This document shows positions 20,268-31,100 of a stretch of DNA of 64,000 nucleotides, piece by piece; position 1 is the stretch's first letter, and every line of letters begins with the position of its first letter. The stretch comes from Bacteroidota bacterium (GTDB lineage Bacteria; Bacteroidota; Bacteroidia; Flavobacteriales; Flavobacteriaceae): NCBI GenBank assembly GCA_031408435.1, contig JANNWM010000047.1:9349-73348 (forward strand), in the 5' to 3' direction. Made by a program: the position numbers and the translations under genes. The notes beneath the pieces were generated by a model. That model did not search any database, was not told the origin of the DNA, and worked only from the letters and a program-made list of their open reading frames with translations.

Positions 20268-20297
20268 CAAAGTTAATCAAACAAAATAGTTATCAAA
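20268..20297 (-). promoter_or_regulatory. Promoter for the SPOR-domain gene
   Basis: Minus strand TTTG, 18-nt spacer, TAACTTTG, ending 5 nt before the ATG. Confidence 0.7.
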
Positions 20298-20665
20298 ACT
20301 TTATTCACAATTTTTATTGACAAATTAAATTAACATCAAAAAATTTGAAAAAATAAAATTTTTAATGTTCCAACTGCAGTAGCTTTTAAACAATATTGCT
20401 AACAAAATTATTGATATTGTAGATGATTTAATTCTTGAAACAATTAAAATTTCGATTGATTCAAAACCCGAAAAGTTTCTGAATTGATAGCCGAACAGGT
20501 TCTTTTATTTAATAAAACCCTAATTAGAAATAATGAAATGTGGTTTTTAACTTAATTTTCTTTATTGACGATCAATAATATATTGTGTTTTTTACAAAAA
20601 ATACTTTTCATAATACCACTCAAAATTCATATAAAATTTATACTTTTCGGCTTCAAAAAATTGCA

Positions 20666-21766
20666 ATGTCCGAACAAGAATTATTTCATTTATTAGCATT
20701 ATCCAAAATAGAAGGCGTTGGCGATGTTGTTGCCAAAAAACTACTTTTGCATTGTGGTTCTGCCGAAGAAATATTCAAATCGAAATCATCGCAATTAACT
20801 GGTATTGATGGAATTGGAATTTTTTTGTCCAACAACCTAAAAAACAAAACCGTTTTCGAGAAAGCCGAAAAAGAATTAAAATTCATAAAAGACAACGCAA
20901 TAAATGTAATGCATTATCAAGACGAAAATTATCCTGATAAATTAAAACATTGTATTGATGGTCCAGTTTTAATGTTTACTTCGGGCAATTTGGAAATAAA
21001 TAACCGAAAAATTATTAGCATTGTTGGAACACGTCAAATAACATCTTATGGAACAGAATTTACCAAAAAACTAATCGAAGATTTGGCACCACTTGACCCA
21101 ATAATTGTGTCAGGATTTGCTTATGGCGTTGACATTGTTGCACACCAAGCCGCAATGGATTTTAATTTGCAAACGATTGGTGTTGTCGCCCACGGATTGA
21201 ATCAGATTTATCCGAAAGTGCACAAAAAATATGTTTCTAAAATGGAAATAAATGGTGGTTTCATGACCGAATTTTGGAGCGATTCTGAACCGTTACGTGA
21301 GAATTTTATTCGTCGAAACCGCATTGTTGCAGGAATGTCCGAAGCAACAATCGTAATAGAATCGGCAGATCGTGGAGGTTCACTAATTACTGCTACAATG
21401 GCAAACGATTACAATCGAGACGTTTTTGCGGTTCCTGGCAGAACATCAGACAAGTTTAGTCAAGGTTGCAATAATTTAATAAAAACCCAAAAAGCCAATT
21501 TGCTAACAAACGCAGCCGATTTAATTTACATTCTTAATTGGGACATTCAAAAAGAAGTAAAACCTGTACAAAAACAACTATTTGTTACTCTCGAACCTGA
21601 AGAACAAAGAATTTATGATTTCTTGTTGATAAATGGCAAAGAAGTACTTGATATAATTGCTCTAGAATGCGATTTGCCAGTTCATAAAATTTCGGTAATT
21701 TTGTTTAATATGGAGTTTAAAGGTCTTGTTCGGCCGCTTCCGGGTAAATTATACGAAGCGATTTAG
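20666..21766 (+). CDS. dprA: DNA-processing protein DprA
   Basis: SIVGTR, IVSGFAYGVD, FIRRNRIVAG, GGSLITA, VFAVPG; ATG at 20666 preferred to the upstream GTG at 20585. Confidence 0.95.
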   Translation: MSEQELFHLLALSKIEGVGDVVAKKLLLHCGSAEEIFKSKSSQLTGIDGIGIFLSNNLKNKTVFEKAEKELKFIKDNAINVMHYQDENYPDKLKHCIDGPVLMFTSGNLEINNRKIISIVGTRQITSYGTEFTKKLIEDLAPLDPIIVSGFAYGVDIVAHQAAMDFNLQTIGVVAHGLNQIYPKVHKKYVSKMEINGGFMTEFWSDSEPLRENFIRRNRIVAGMSEATIVIESADRGGSLITATMANDYNRDVFAVPGRTSDKFSQGCNNLIKTQKANLLTNAADLIYILNWDIQKEVKPVQKQLFVTLEPEEQRIYDFLLINGKEVLDIIALECDLPVHKISVILFNMEFKGLVRPLPGKLYEAI

Positions 21767-21815
21767 TTTTTAGAATGCTGTTAAATGGTATTATTGATAC
21801 TTCAATAAATATTAT

Positions 21816-21980
21816 TTATTTTGCTTTTTTCATTTCACGCAATTTCCTCAATGTTTCTTGAAATTCAGGAGTATTGTAACGTTCTTGACTTTCAATCCTA
21901 GATTGTTTTTTGCTTTCTAACATCAAACTAATAATTTCGTCGGCAGATTTGAAAACTGGCTTTTTAATTGGTGTTTCCAT
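21816..21980 (-). CDS. Small 54-aa hypothetical protein, absent from the ORF track
   Basis: METPIKKPVFKSADEIISLMLESKKQSRIESQERYNTPEFQETLRKLREMKKAK; A-rich leader and its own TACATTTG upstream. Confidence 0.65.
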   Translation of the reverse strand: METPIKKPVFKSADEIISLMLESKKQSRIESQERYNTPEFQETLRKLREMKKAK

Positions 21981-21995
21981 AATTAAATATTTTTA

Positions 21996-22003
21996 CAAAT
22001 GTA
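21996..22003 (-). promoter_or_regulatory. -7 element for the 54-aa ORF
   Basis: TACATTTG on the minus strand, 15 nt before the ATG. Confidence 0.55.
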
Positions 22004-22023
22004 ATAATTATTTCGATAGAAAT

Positions 22024-22650
22024 TTATTTACGAAATCCCCAAACTAATATATAACCTTCAATTTCTTCAAAATAGATATCGAAATTTTCTACCTTATTAT
22101 TGAATCGTAATTGTGCTGAAGTTTTTTTATCAGAAACTTGAAAATCATCTTCAAATATATGATCAGGAAAACTGATTCCTTTTTGATTCTGGATTTTGAA
22201 AATAGTTTCTTTTATTCCCCAAACTATAGTTGCTTTTTTTATTTGGTTTTCTTGCGATAAATTTTCTAAATGCGAAATATTCATAAATTTAGGTGCAATT
22301 TTTAGGACTTTTTCTTTTTGGATTTCCAAATCAATTCCAACTGGTTTGTCGCTAATTATTATTGCTGACATTTCGTGAGAATGCGAAATGGAAATGAATT
22401 TTCCGTCCAATAAATGCGGTTTTCCAGATTGGTCGTAAAACAAATCAAAATCAGAATAACCTGAAACTTGCAATAATTTTCGAACAGAAAGAAATCCGCG
22501 TTGGTGCATTTCGGATTTCATATTGTTCAATCGAATTTGAGTTTTTTCGGTTAAAATAATTTCAGATGATAGTTCGTCGAAAGTTTCGGAAATTTTCCAA
22601 ATATAGATTGTTGTTGCAGCATTACGATTTATTGTTTTGTGTAAAGGCAT
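22024..22650 (-). CDS. 4'-phosphopantetheinyl transferase family protein
   Basis: GKPHL, ISISHS, VGIDLE, WGIKETIFK motifs. Confidence 0.9.
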   Translation of the reverse strand: MPLHKTINRNAATTIYIWKISETFDELSSEIILTEKTQIRLNNMKSEMHQRGFLSVRKLLQVSGYSDFDLFYDQSGKPHLLDGKFISISHSHEMSAIIISDKPVGIDLEIQKEKVLKIAPKFMNISHLENLSQENQIKKATIVWGIKETIFKIQNQKGISFPDHIFEDDFQVSDKKTSAQLRFNNKVENFDIYFEEIEGYILVWGFRK

Positions 22651-22666
22651 GACATTTTGATGGTAA

Positions 22667-22748
22667 TAGCCCCGATAAAAGTGAAAATCCTTTTGTTTTT
22701 TTCTTTAAAAAACAAAAGATTGAAACGGATAGCGGGATTAGCTCCTGA
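22667..22748 (+). repeat. Dispersed REP-like element with internal hairpin
   Basis: TAGCCCCGATAAAAGTGAAAATC-CTTTTGTTTTTT...AAAAAACAAAAG-ATTGAAACGGATAGCGGGA; related to 12780-12860. Confidence 0.65.
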
Positions 22749-22860
22749 AAATTAAAACTTTAGATATGTAAACAATTCATAATTATTAACAAATATTTTT
22801 TAATTACGAATCTAGTTTGTAATTTTGCCAAAATATTTAAATACAAATATAACATATAAT

Positions 22861-24177
22861 ATGAGTACAGCAACTATGCCATTCGTGGCTTACAAAGTTA
22901 AAGACATTTCTCTAGCGGCTTGGGGAAGAAAAGAAATTGAATTGGCGCAAGCAGAAATGCCAGGTTTAATGGCACTTAGAACCGAATACAAAAACGAACA
23001 ACCATTGAAAGGCGCTCGTGTTGCTGGTTGTTTGCACATGACGATTCAAACTGCAGTTTTAATTGAGACTCTTATTGCTCTTGGAGCAGAAGTTACTTGG
23101 TCATCTTGCAATATTTTCTCAACTCAAGACGAAGCTGCTGCTGCAATTGCTGCTGCTGGAATTCAGGTTTATGCGTGGAAAGGTCTTGACGAAGTTAATT
23201 TTGACTGGTGTATTGAGCAAACTCTTTTCTTTGGTGAAGATAGAAAACCATTGAACATGATTCTTGACGATGGTGGAGATTTAACTAATATGGTTATTGA
23301 TAAATTTCCAGAATTGATTGCTGGAATCAAAGGTTTGTCTGAAGAAACTACAACTGGTGTCCACCGTTTGTACGAAAGAGTAAAAGCGGGAACGTTGCCA
23401 ATGCCAGCAATAAATGTTAATGATGCAGTTACAAAATCGAAATTCGATAACAAATATGGTTGTAAAGAATCGGCTGTTGATGCTGTTCGTCGTGCAACTG
23501 ATGTTATGTTAGCAGGAAAACGTGTTGTTGTTTGCGGTTATGGCGATGTTGGAAAAGGAACTGCAGCTTCGTTTAAAGGTGCTGGATCGATTGTAACTGT
23601 TACAGAAACTGACCCAATTTGTGCTTTGCAAGCTGCAATGGACGGATTTGAAGTTAAAAAATTATCGACAGTTATTGCTACTGCAGATATTGTTTGTACT
23701 GCAACTGGAAATAAAGATATTGTTCTTGAAGCTGATTTCAGAAAAATGAAAGACAAAACTATCGTTTGTAACATTGGGCATTTCGACAACGAAATCGATA
23801 TGAACTGGTTAAACAGTAATTACGGAGATACTAAAGTTGAAATCAAACCACAAGTTGACAAATATACAATCGAAGGTAAAGACATTTTGGTTCTTGCTGA
23901 AGGCCGTTTGGTTAATCTTGGTTGCGCAACTGGTCATCCAAGTTTTGTAATGAGTACATCATTTACAAATCAAGTTTTGGCCCAAATTGAATTATGGAAA
24001 AATTCTGCAAATTACGAAAACAATGTTTACATGTTGCCAAAACATCTAGACGAAAAAGTAGCTATGTTGCACCTTGAAAGACTTGGAGTAGAATTAGAGG
24101 TTTTGCGTAAAGACCAAGCAGATTATATTGGTGTTGGCGTTGATGGACCATTCAAACCAGAATATTACAGATACTAG
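22861..24177 (+). CDS. ahcY: Adenosylhomocysteinase
   Basis: [54 protein letters not shown]; ATG at 22861, TAATTTTG at 22820-22827. Confidence 0.98.
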   Translation: MSTATMPFVAYKVKDISLAAWGRKEIELAQAEMPGLMALRTEYKNEQPLKGARVAGCLHMTIQTAVLIETLIALGAEVTWSSCNIFSTQDEAAAAIAAAGIQVYAWKGLDEVNFDWCIEQTLFFGEDRKPLNMILDDGGDLTNMVIDKFPELIAGIKGLSEETTTGVHRLYERVKAGTLPMPAINVNDAVTKSKFDNKYGCKESAVDAVRRATDVMLAGKRVVVCGYGDVGKGTAASFKGAGSIVTVTETDPICALQAAMDGFEVKKLSTVIATADIVCTATGNKDIVLEADFRKMKDKTIVCNIGHFDNEIDMNWLNSNYGDTKVEIKPQVDKYTIEGKDILVLAEGRLVNLGCATGHPSFVMSTSFTNQVLAQIELWKNSANYENNVYMLPKHLDEKVAMLHLERLGVELEVLRKDQADYIGVGVDGPFKPEYYRY

Positions 24178-24214
24178 TCTAAATATTAAATTTAAGATTT
24201 TAAATATTAGATAT

Positions 24215-24247
24215 AAAACCCGAGCAAAATTTTGTTCGGGTTTTTTT
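24215..24247 (+). terminator. Intrinsic terminator after ahcY
   Basis: AAAACCCGAGCAAA / TTTGTTCGGGTTTT stem followed by a T run. Confidence 0.85.
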
Positions 24248-24349
24248 ATTTAAATATTTTTATTATTGTTACAAAAAAACATTCAAGATTTCTTATTATT
24301 TAAATTAAAAGGCTTTGGTCAAAAGAGTATATTCATGTAAAATCTTTCT

Positions 24350-24442
24350 GCCACAGATTTAAAAGATTTAAAGGATTTTTACTATTCAAAAAAAAAATCT
24401 GTGAAAATCTGTGAAATCTGTGGCTAAAAAATATCATATATT
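24350..24442. repeat. Short element with 11-bp terminal inverted repeats and internal 9-mer repeats
   Basis: GCCACAGATTT (24350-24360) and AAATCTGTGGC (24414-24424); second degenerate copy at 56425-56512. Confidence 0.75.
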
Positions 24443-25142
24443 GACTAGACCATAGTCAATTAATACTAAAAATTTAGTCTTTTTGAATTTGAAATTCCAA
24501 ATTAATATAAATTATAGAAAAATTGCCATTACAATTTTTTGTAAACCACTTCGCATATGAAATTGTCGATTATTAACCATTCAAAAAAAATAATAATTTT
24601 ATTTTTTTGAATGGTTTTTTTTTGAACCAAATTTTAAATGACTAATTTTTTTGTTATTTCTTGTTTTTTATGTTAAAAAATTACAAAAAATTTTCTGTTA
24701 TAATTTTTGTATATCTTTACTAAATTTACTAATATCTTTATTTTTTAGGTACTAAAAAACTCACATTTAAATCAAAAAAATAAATTTAACAAATGCCGTT
24801 TAATACAAATTTTTGTAAATAAAATCAATCATTAATTTAATGATTTGGATTTTTAGATTTATCCAAAACTAACTCTTTGTGTCTCAGTTTGGTATTAGAA
24901 ACCAACTACTTGTAAACTTTTTTAACGCTTTTTATCATAAAAAAAATTGAATTTAATTAAATAATTCAAAAATTATCTTCGCTTATTAATTTAGCAACAA
25001 TCCCTAAACATCGATATACATTCGGATAAAACAATTTTTTCGTCAACTTTTTTTGATGTTAATTTTTTTACACAAAAAAATATTTGTTAACATATAATTA
25101 GCTATCTTTAACCCCTATAAGTTAAATTAAATTTTGTCCCAA

Positions 25143-28100
25143 ATGAAATTAAAAAATTACTCTCAGTTTTTTGTAATTATATTTTTGCTTTGCGTTACCA
25201 ATTTATTTTCTCAAAGCAACCAGCCGAAACAAAACCAAGACTTAAATCCGTTTGCTGAAATCATGGGCAAAGGCGTGAATGCCTATGGTGTTATGACGCC
25301 AAGATTGCCAGGTTTTGGTAATTTTATAAAAGTAAAAGGCGATGTAACCATTACCGGAAACCAAATTATCAATCGAACTACCGAAAACAATGCTGGAACA
25401 GCCTCCGGAGATGTTCGACCAATTTTAGACGCAAGTGGTCAACCCACCAATTTACCAGCATTAACCACCAGAGCCAATGCAAATTATGGTGGCAATCTAA
25501 ATAACGACAGACTTAATTTTGAATATGTAGATGTAGATTCGGACGCAACAACGTTTAGTTCAAGTACTGCGAATTTACTAATAAGAGATGCAAAAAATGG
25601 CACAATATCGCCCACCAATTGCAAGAAAATTGTTTATGCGGGTTTGTATTGGGCAGCTTTTTATCCTTATGACAGAATTGCAAATACCTATGCCAATAAT
25701 AATAATTTATTGACTAGCATAAAATTTCCTATTGTTAACAACAACTGGAACCAAGTCAAATTCAAAGTTCCAGGAGGAACCTATCAAACATTAACCGCAG
25801 ACACCAATGCTGATGCAGTTGGCGACGAAGACGACATTGTTTATAGAAATTTTGTTAACGATGCATTCGCAAATAACTCTTCTTATGTTTGCTATAAAAA
25901 TGTAACCAATCTTGTAAAAGATCTTGCCGATGCCAACGGTACCTATGCAGTTGCAGATATGTTGGCGGGTCGAGGTAACGACCAATATGGCCTAGCAGGT
26001 GGTTGGTCATTAGTCGTTGTTTTCGAAAGCCCAACCTATCCATTAAAATATGTATCTATTGCCGATGGTTTTAAATCTCTTTATAATGATACTGGCAACG
26101 CTGCAAACCGCAGATTTGATTTTACTTTAAATGGTTTTAAAACTTTACCATCAGGAGTTGTTAATGCAAGAATTGGTGTCGCCGCTCTTGATGGTGACAG
26201 AAATGGTGTTGGAGACATTTACCAAATTAAAAACACTGCTGGAAATTATGTTAATATTAGCAATTCTAACAACCAATCGCAACCAGATTACGCCAATAAT
26301 AACTTTTTTAGTAGCAACATTACATTGCCAGATGCTTTCCCTTCGAAAGCATCAAACGGCATAACAAAAACTCCGAACAACAGCAATACGCTAGGTTTCG
26401 ATCTAGATTTGGTCAATGTTTTTAATCCTGGTGCAACAACAATTGGTAATAGTCAAACAAGTGCCGATTTTAGAATAGAAACTACCGATGAGGTTATCTG
26501 TCCGTACCTGAACACATTCTCGGTTGATATTGCCGAAGCCAAAATAATTTTAACCAAAGTCATTAAAAAAACCAACGGTACTTTGGTCGCCAATAACGGT
26601 ACAGTTGCTCTAGGCGAACAACTAAATTATGTAATAGGTTTTCAGAACGTAGGTACTGCAGATGCAACCAACACAGTTATTACAGATGTCTTGCCAGCAA
26701 ATGTTATTTTTGACCAAACCGCATTCACAGCAAGTTTACCAGCAGGCGTAACTTTTACTTCGTACAATACAACAACAAGATTATTGACTCTTGCCGTAGC
26801 AAATAATTTGGTCGAAAAAAACGGTTTCAGAACCGAATTCAATATCGAAATATTAGTCGAAAAAGAATGTTCTAAATTTGCAAATGCATGTGCAAACTTG
26901 GTTGTTAACAATGCTCAGATTTCTTATTTTGATGTTGCAAATGCAGTACAAATTAACAACCAAAACAGTTGCAATGTTTTCAATACTGCTGCAACTTGCC
27001 CTTTGGATCCCACAACCGGTACAACCAATTTTAAAGTCGATACAAGTACTTGCGTTCAAAACAGAACCGAAGTTATTTGTAATGGCAATTTGCTATTGAC
27101 AGCACCAACAGGTTATACATCCTATGCTTGGAGCCAAACATCGCCAACAACTGCAACACTTGGCACGGGTGCCACTCAAAACGTAACCAGTTTTGGTACC
27201 TACCAAGTTGTCTGTACCCCAGTTGCAGGTTGTGACCCAGTTACAGTTATATACAAAGTTATTGATTTTTTGACCAGTAGCCTAACCATTCCACACCCAG
27301 TAAATCCATTTTCAGACACAAGAGTTTCTTGTACAAACGATGGTATAGTTACAGAAATTATAGCTTTGTGCGGTGCTAGCGATTCCCGATTAATTACAAC
27401 CGGAATAACAACAGCAAGTTCAATAACATGGCAAATTAAAAACACCACCGGATGCCTTGGTCCGACAGTAACTTGTCCGAACACTGATAGTACTTGTTAC
27501 ACAAACACCGGGCAAACAGGCCCTAACTTTCTCGCTGATACAGCTGGCGATTACAGAGTCGTTATTGCCTATAACGGAGCAAGCAATTGTACACTAAACT
27601 TTCATTTTAGAGTTACAAAAGGTTCTTTAAATGCTACCGCAATTAGCAAAGATATTTCGTGTACTAATCCTGGTGCTATAATTGTTAATGATTCGGGTTC
27701 ACTATACGAACACCAATTACAAGGACCTTATCCTGCAACAACACTTACGCCTTGGCAAGACTCTAATACTTTTAGTATTCCGATTGGCAATCCCGGAACC
27801 TACAAAGCTTTTATTAGATTAAAAGGTGCACCTTCAAACACCTGTGTGTACACTGTGCCTAACATTAGTGTATTAAAATTAAACTTGCAATCGGCTGTAA
27901 AAGTATTTAACCCATCTTGCAACTTACCACCAGCCACTCCAACAGGATCTGTAACGGTTAAAGTTATCGATGGTACCGCACCGTTTTTATATTATATCCG
28001 AAACGGAACTAACAATACTACAGGGTTTTTTGTGGCATCTGCAAATTCAAGTAATGTTCAAGAAACTTTTTCTGGACTCGCAGCCGGAAATTATACCGCA

Positions 28101-31100
28101 CAAATTTTAATTTCAGGTGGGGCAACCCCACTGTGTTCTACAAGCCAAAACTTTACAATAACCGTACCTACACCTTTGGTTGCTAGTGTTGGACTTAACA
28201 AGCCCTACACTTTTTGTTCGCCAGGCGAAGTACAAGTAAACATTCCGTCAGCTACATCAGGTACTTCGCCCTATTTGTATTATATGGACAGTTCGACAAC
28301 TGCACAATATTCTAATCTTTTTACAATAGGTGACACCAACCCACATACTTTCAAAATTGTCGATGCCAATGGTTGTACTTTTACTACACAACCTTACACT
28401 ATGGTTTTTGCAGCAAAACCAACTTTTACGGTAACACCAACCGACATTGTTTGCGACCCACAAGCGGGGGTGTTAACTTTTGCTACATTAACAAACCCTG
28501 GTGGTTACACTTTAGAATACCAATACAGCGGTGGCTGTTTTAGAGCACCAATTTATACCGCAAGCCCAAGCCCAACGATTATAAACCTTGTAGCCGATTC
28601 TTATACAGTTAGAGTAAAATGTACGCTTGGCACGGCTGTTTGCTATGTTGATTTAGGTTCAGTTGTCATAAAAGCACAATTCCAGCCATTGTCAGCAACT
28701 GGTGGTGTTTCGGCACTGGCAGGTTGTGGCACTAATGCTATTGATGGCGAAATAAGAATAACTAACCCACAAGGTGGTTCAGGCAATTATAGTTACAGTT
28801 TTGATAATGATGTATCTTATCAAGTTCCAAATTATATTAATAAACCACCCGGTACTTACGACATTTATATCAAAGACAATACTACTGGTTGCAAGTTCAA
28901 AATGAATGTTATTTTGTTGCCAAAACCAACTCCACCAACAATTGGGGTCGTAAACTCGTCTTTTAATTGTAATGGAACTGCTACTAGTACCGTAACCATA
29001 ACCAATGGCCCAAATTTTGCATATCAATATTTCATAGACAATAACGATGGTTTGGGGTCAGTACCCAATCCCAACACAGCGCAACCAAATGTTTTTTTGA
29101 ATGTGCCTTGTGGACCAACCGACAAAACAATAAAAATTAAATACAAAAGCACCAATATACCTACATTTTCTAATTTATTAAACGAAGATTTTGGCATTGG
29201 GTCTAACACAACAACCCCAGGAATTGCCGCTGCTTATTGTTATAACGACCAGTGTTCTAGAGCTTGTAACAATACCTCGGATCCAAATGATCCCTATCGG
29301 GATAGACTTGAAGATGGACAATATGTAGTTACGAGACAAATAATACCTAACAATGGAAATTGGTGGGTAGCAAGAGACCATACATCGACAGTACCTTCTC
29401 CTTCTAACCCAACGGGTACTTTTAACCCAAACGGCAGATTTCTTGCTATTAATGTTGGTGCTGCTGCTGGTGTAAATGGTATTTTGTACAGCAAAAAAAT
29501 ATACGATGTTATTCCAAATGAAGACATTATAGTTGAAGCTTATGTTTCTAATTTGCTACTTTCTACTAGTGGTGCCCCTCATAATACAGGTTTTACTTAT
29601 GAAATTAGAACTAGCACAGGATTTTTGTTGGCATCTGAACCTTCAATTCCAGACTTGCTTCCAAGAACAAGCACTTGGTTATTAAGAACAGTTAACTTGA
29701 AACCAGGGGGTGCGGTAACACCTTATCTTGTTTTTAACGTTCTATCATCAAGCACCGAATACAATGGAAACGATGCCGTTATTGATGATATTCGTGTTTA
29801 TCAGTTACCTAAAGCGTGTATCACAGAAGAAAACTTTTTATTAAATGTACCTTGTAACAAAGCTTTTACAGCAAGTGTTACCAATGTTAAAAACGTAAAT
29901 TGTTTTGGCGAAAAAACCGCTGCAATAACCATTACAGCCGAGAATTTTGTAAATGTTTCGCCACCAAACAATAGTTTTCAATACAGTGTTACAGGACCCG
30001 CTGGACCTTGGTACACTTCTACAGTATCGCCTGTCGTTATTTCGGCTACATCAACGCCATCATTGCCTCTTGGCGCAGGAACAGTTAATGTTGTGGTGCG
30101 TTATGATGCTGCTTCAGTAGGTTGTACCTTCCCTTTGCCTACAATTATCACAGAGCCAACAATTTTATCAGTTACAGCAACCAAGACCAATGCCACTTGT
30201 TTAACAGGGGGCAAAGGTACAATTAAGGCAACACCAGTTGGGGGCGTGGCACCATTTCAATACCAATTGTTAAACAGCAGTTTGGCAGTTGTGCCCGGTT
30301 TTGGTTATGGTTCAACAAATATTAATAATGGTACTGGTTTAATTAGCAATGTGAACCCAGGTACTTATTTTGTACAAATTCAAGATGCCAATCTTTGTAC
30401 CAAAGATGCGTTTGCATCTGTAACAATATCGGGTACTACCGACCCGCAACCAGTAATTGCTGCGACATCGGACTTGTGTTATGACACAATCAATCAAGCC
30501 AAACTTATTGTTGATGTGCCTACTGGCGGTTTGCCACCATTTACTTATTCAATAGTTCCTGCTGCTACATTCATAGGCAATAGTGTCATAGTTACTCCGG
30601 GTACCTACACAATAACAGTTACCGATGCCAATGGTTGCAAAGGCTTTATAAACAGTCTAACCATTAGACCAGCGCTTTCGGTAAATTTAAGTTTAAATAA
30701 AGATTTAGATTGCACGACACCAACACCCGAAGGAATTATCAGAGGCACTATTTCTGGTGGCTTAACCAGTTATACCTATCAAGTAAGTACCGATAATGGT
30801 GTTACTTATGGTGCAGCTATTTCGGTGACCACAAACCCATTTACTTATAATGTACTAGCATCTGGCGTACCAATTTCTGGTGCAATCAAAATAAAAGTAA
30901 CCGATGGTGCAGGTTGTACTGCCGAGTCAACCATAAATATTTCTCCTAGAGAAGATGTAACCGGCACAGCCACACCAACAATTGCTACTTGTGGTGCCAA
31001 TAACGGTACCGTTACTTTGCTAGCAACTGCTGGTGCTCCGGGTTTTACTTATAGTTTTAATAATCCTGCTTTTACAGGTACAACATCTTACAATGGTTTA

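Noticed and set aside
20383-20487. Short frame LLNNIANKIIDIVDDLILETIKISIDSKPEKFLN faintly resembling a RelE/ParE fragment
   Set aside because: It has no start codon, is only 34 residues, and the similarity is impressionistic. An HMM search would be needed.
22651-22860. SAH or SAM riboswitch upstream of ahcY
   Set aside because: I recognised no riboswitch core. The structured part matches the dispersed repeat and lies upstream of the likely ahcY -7 element at 22820.
24388-24397. A10 run and other homopolymers as phase-variation switches
   Set aside because: Such runs are common in this AT-rich background, and this one is not within a coding start or a defined promoter spacer.
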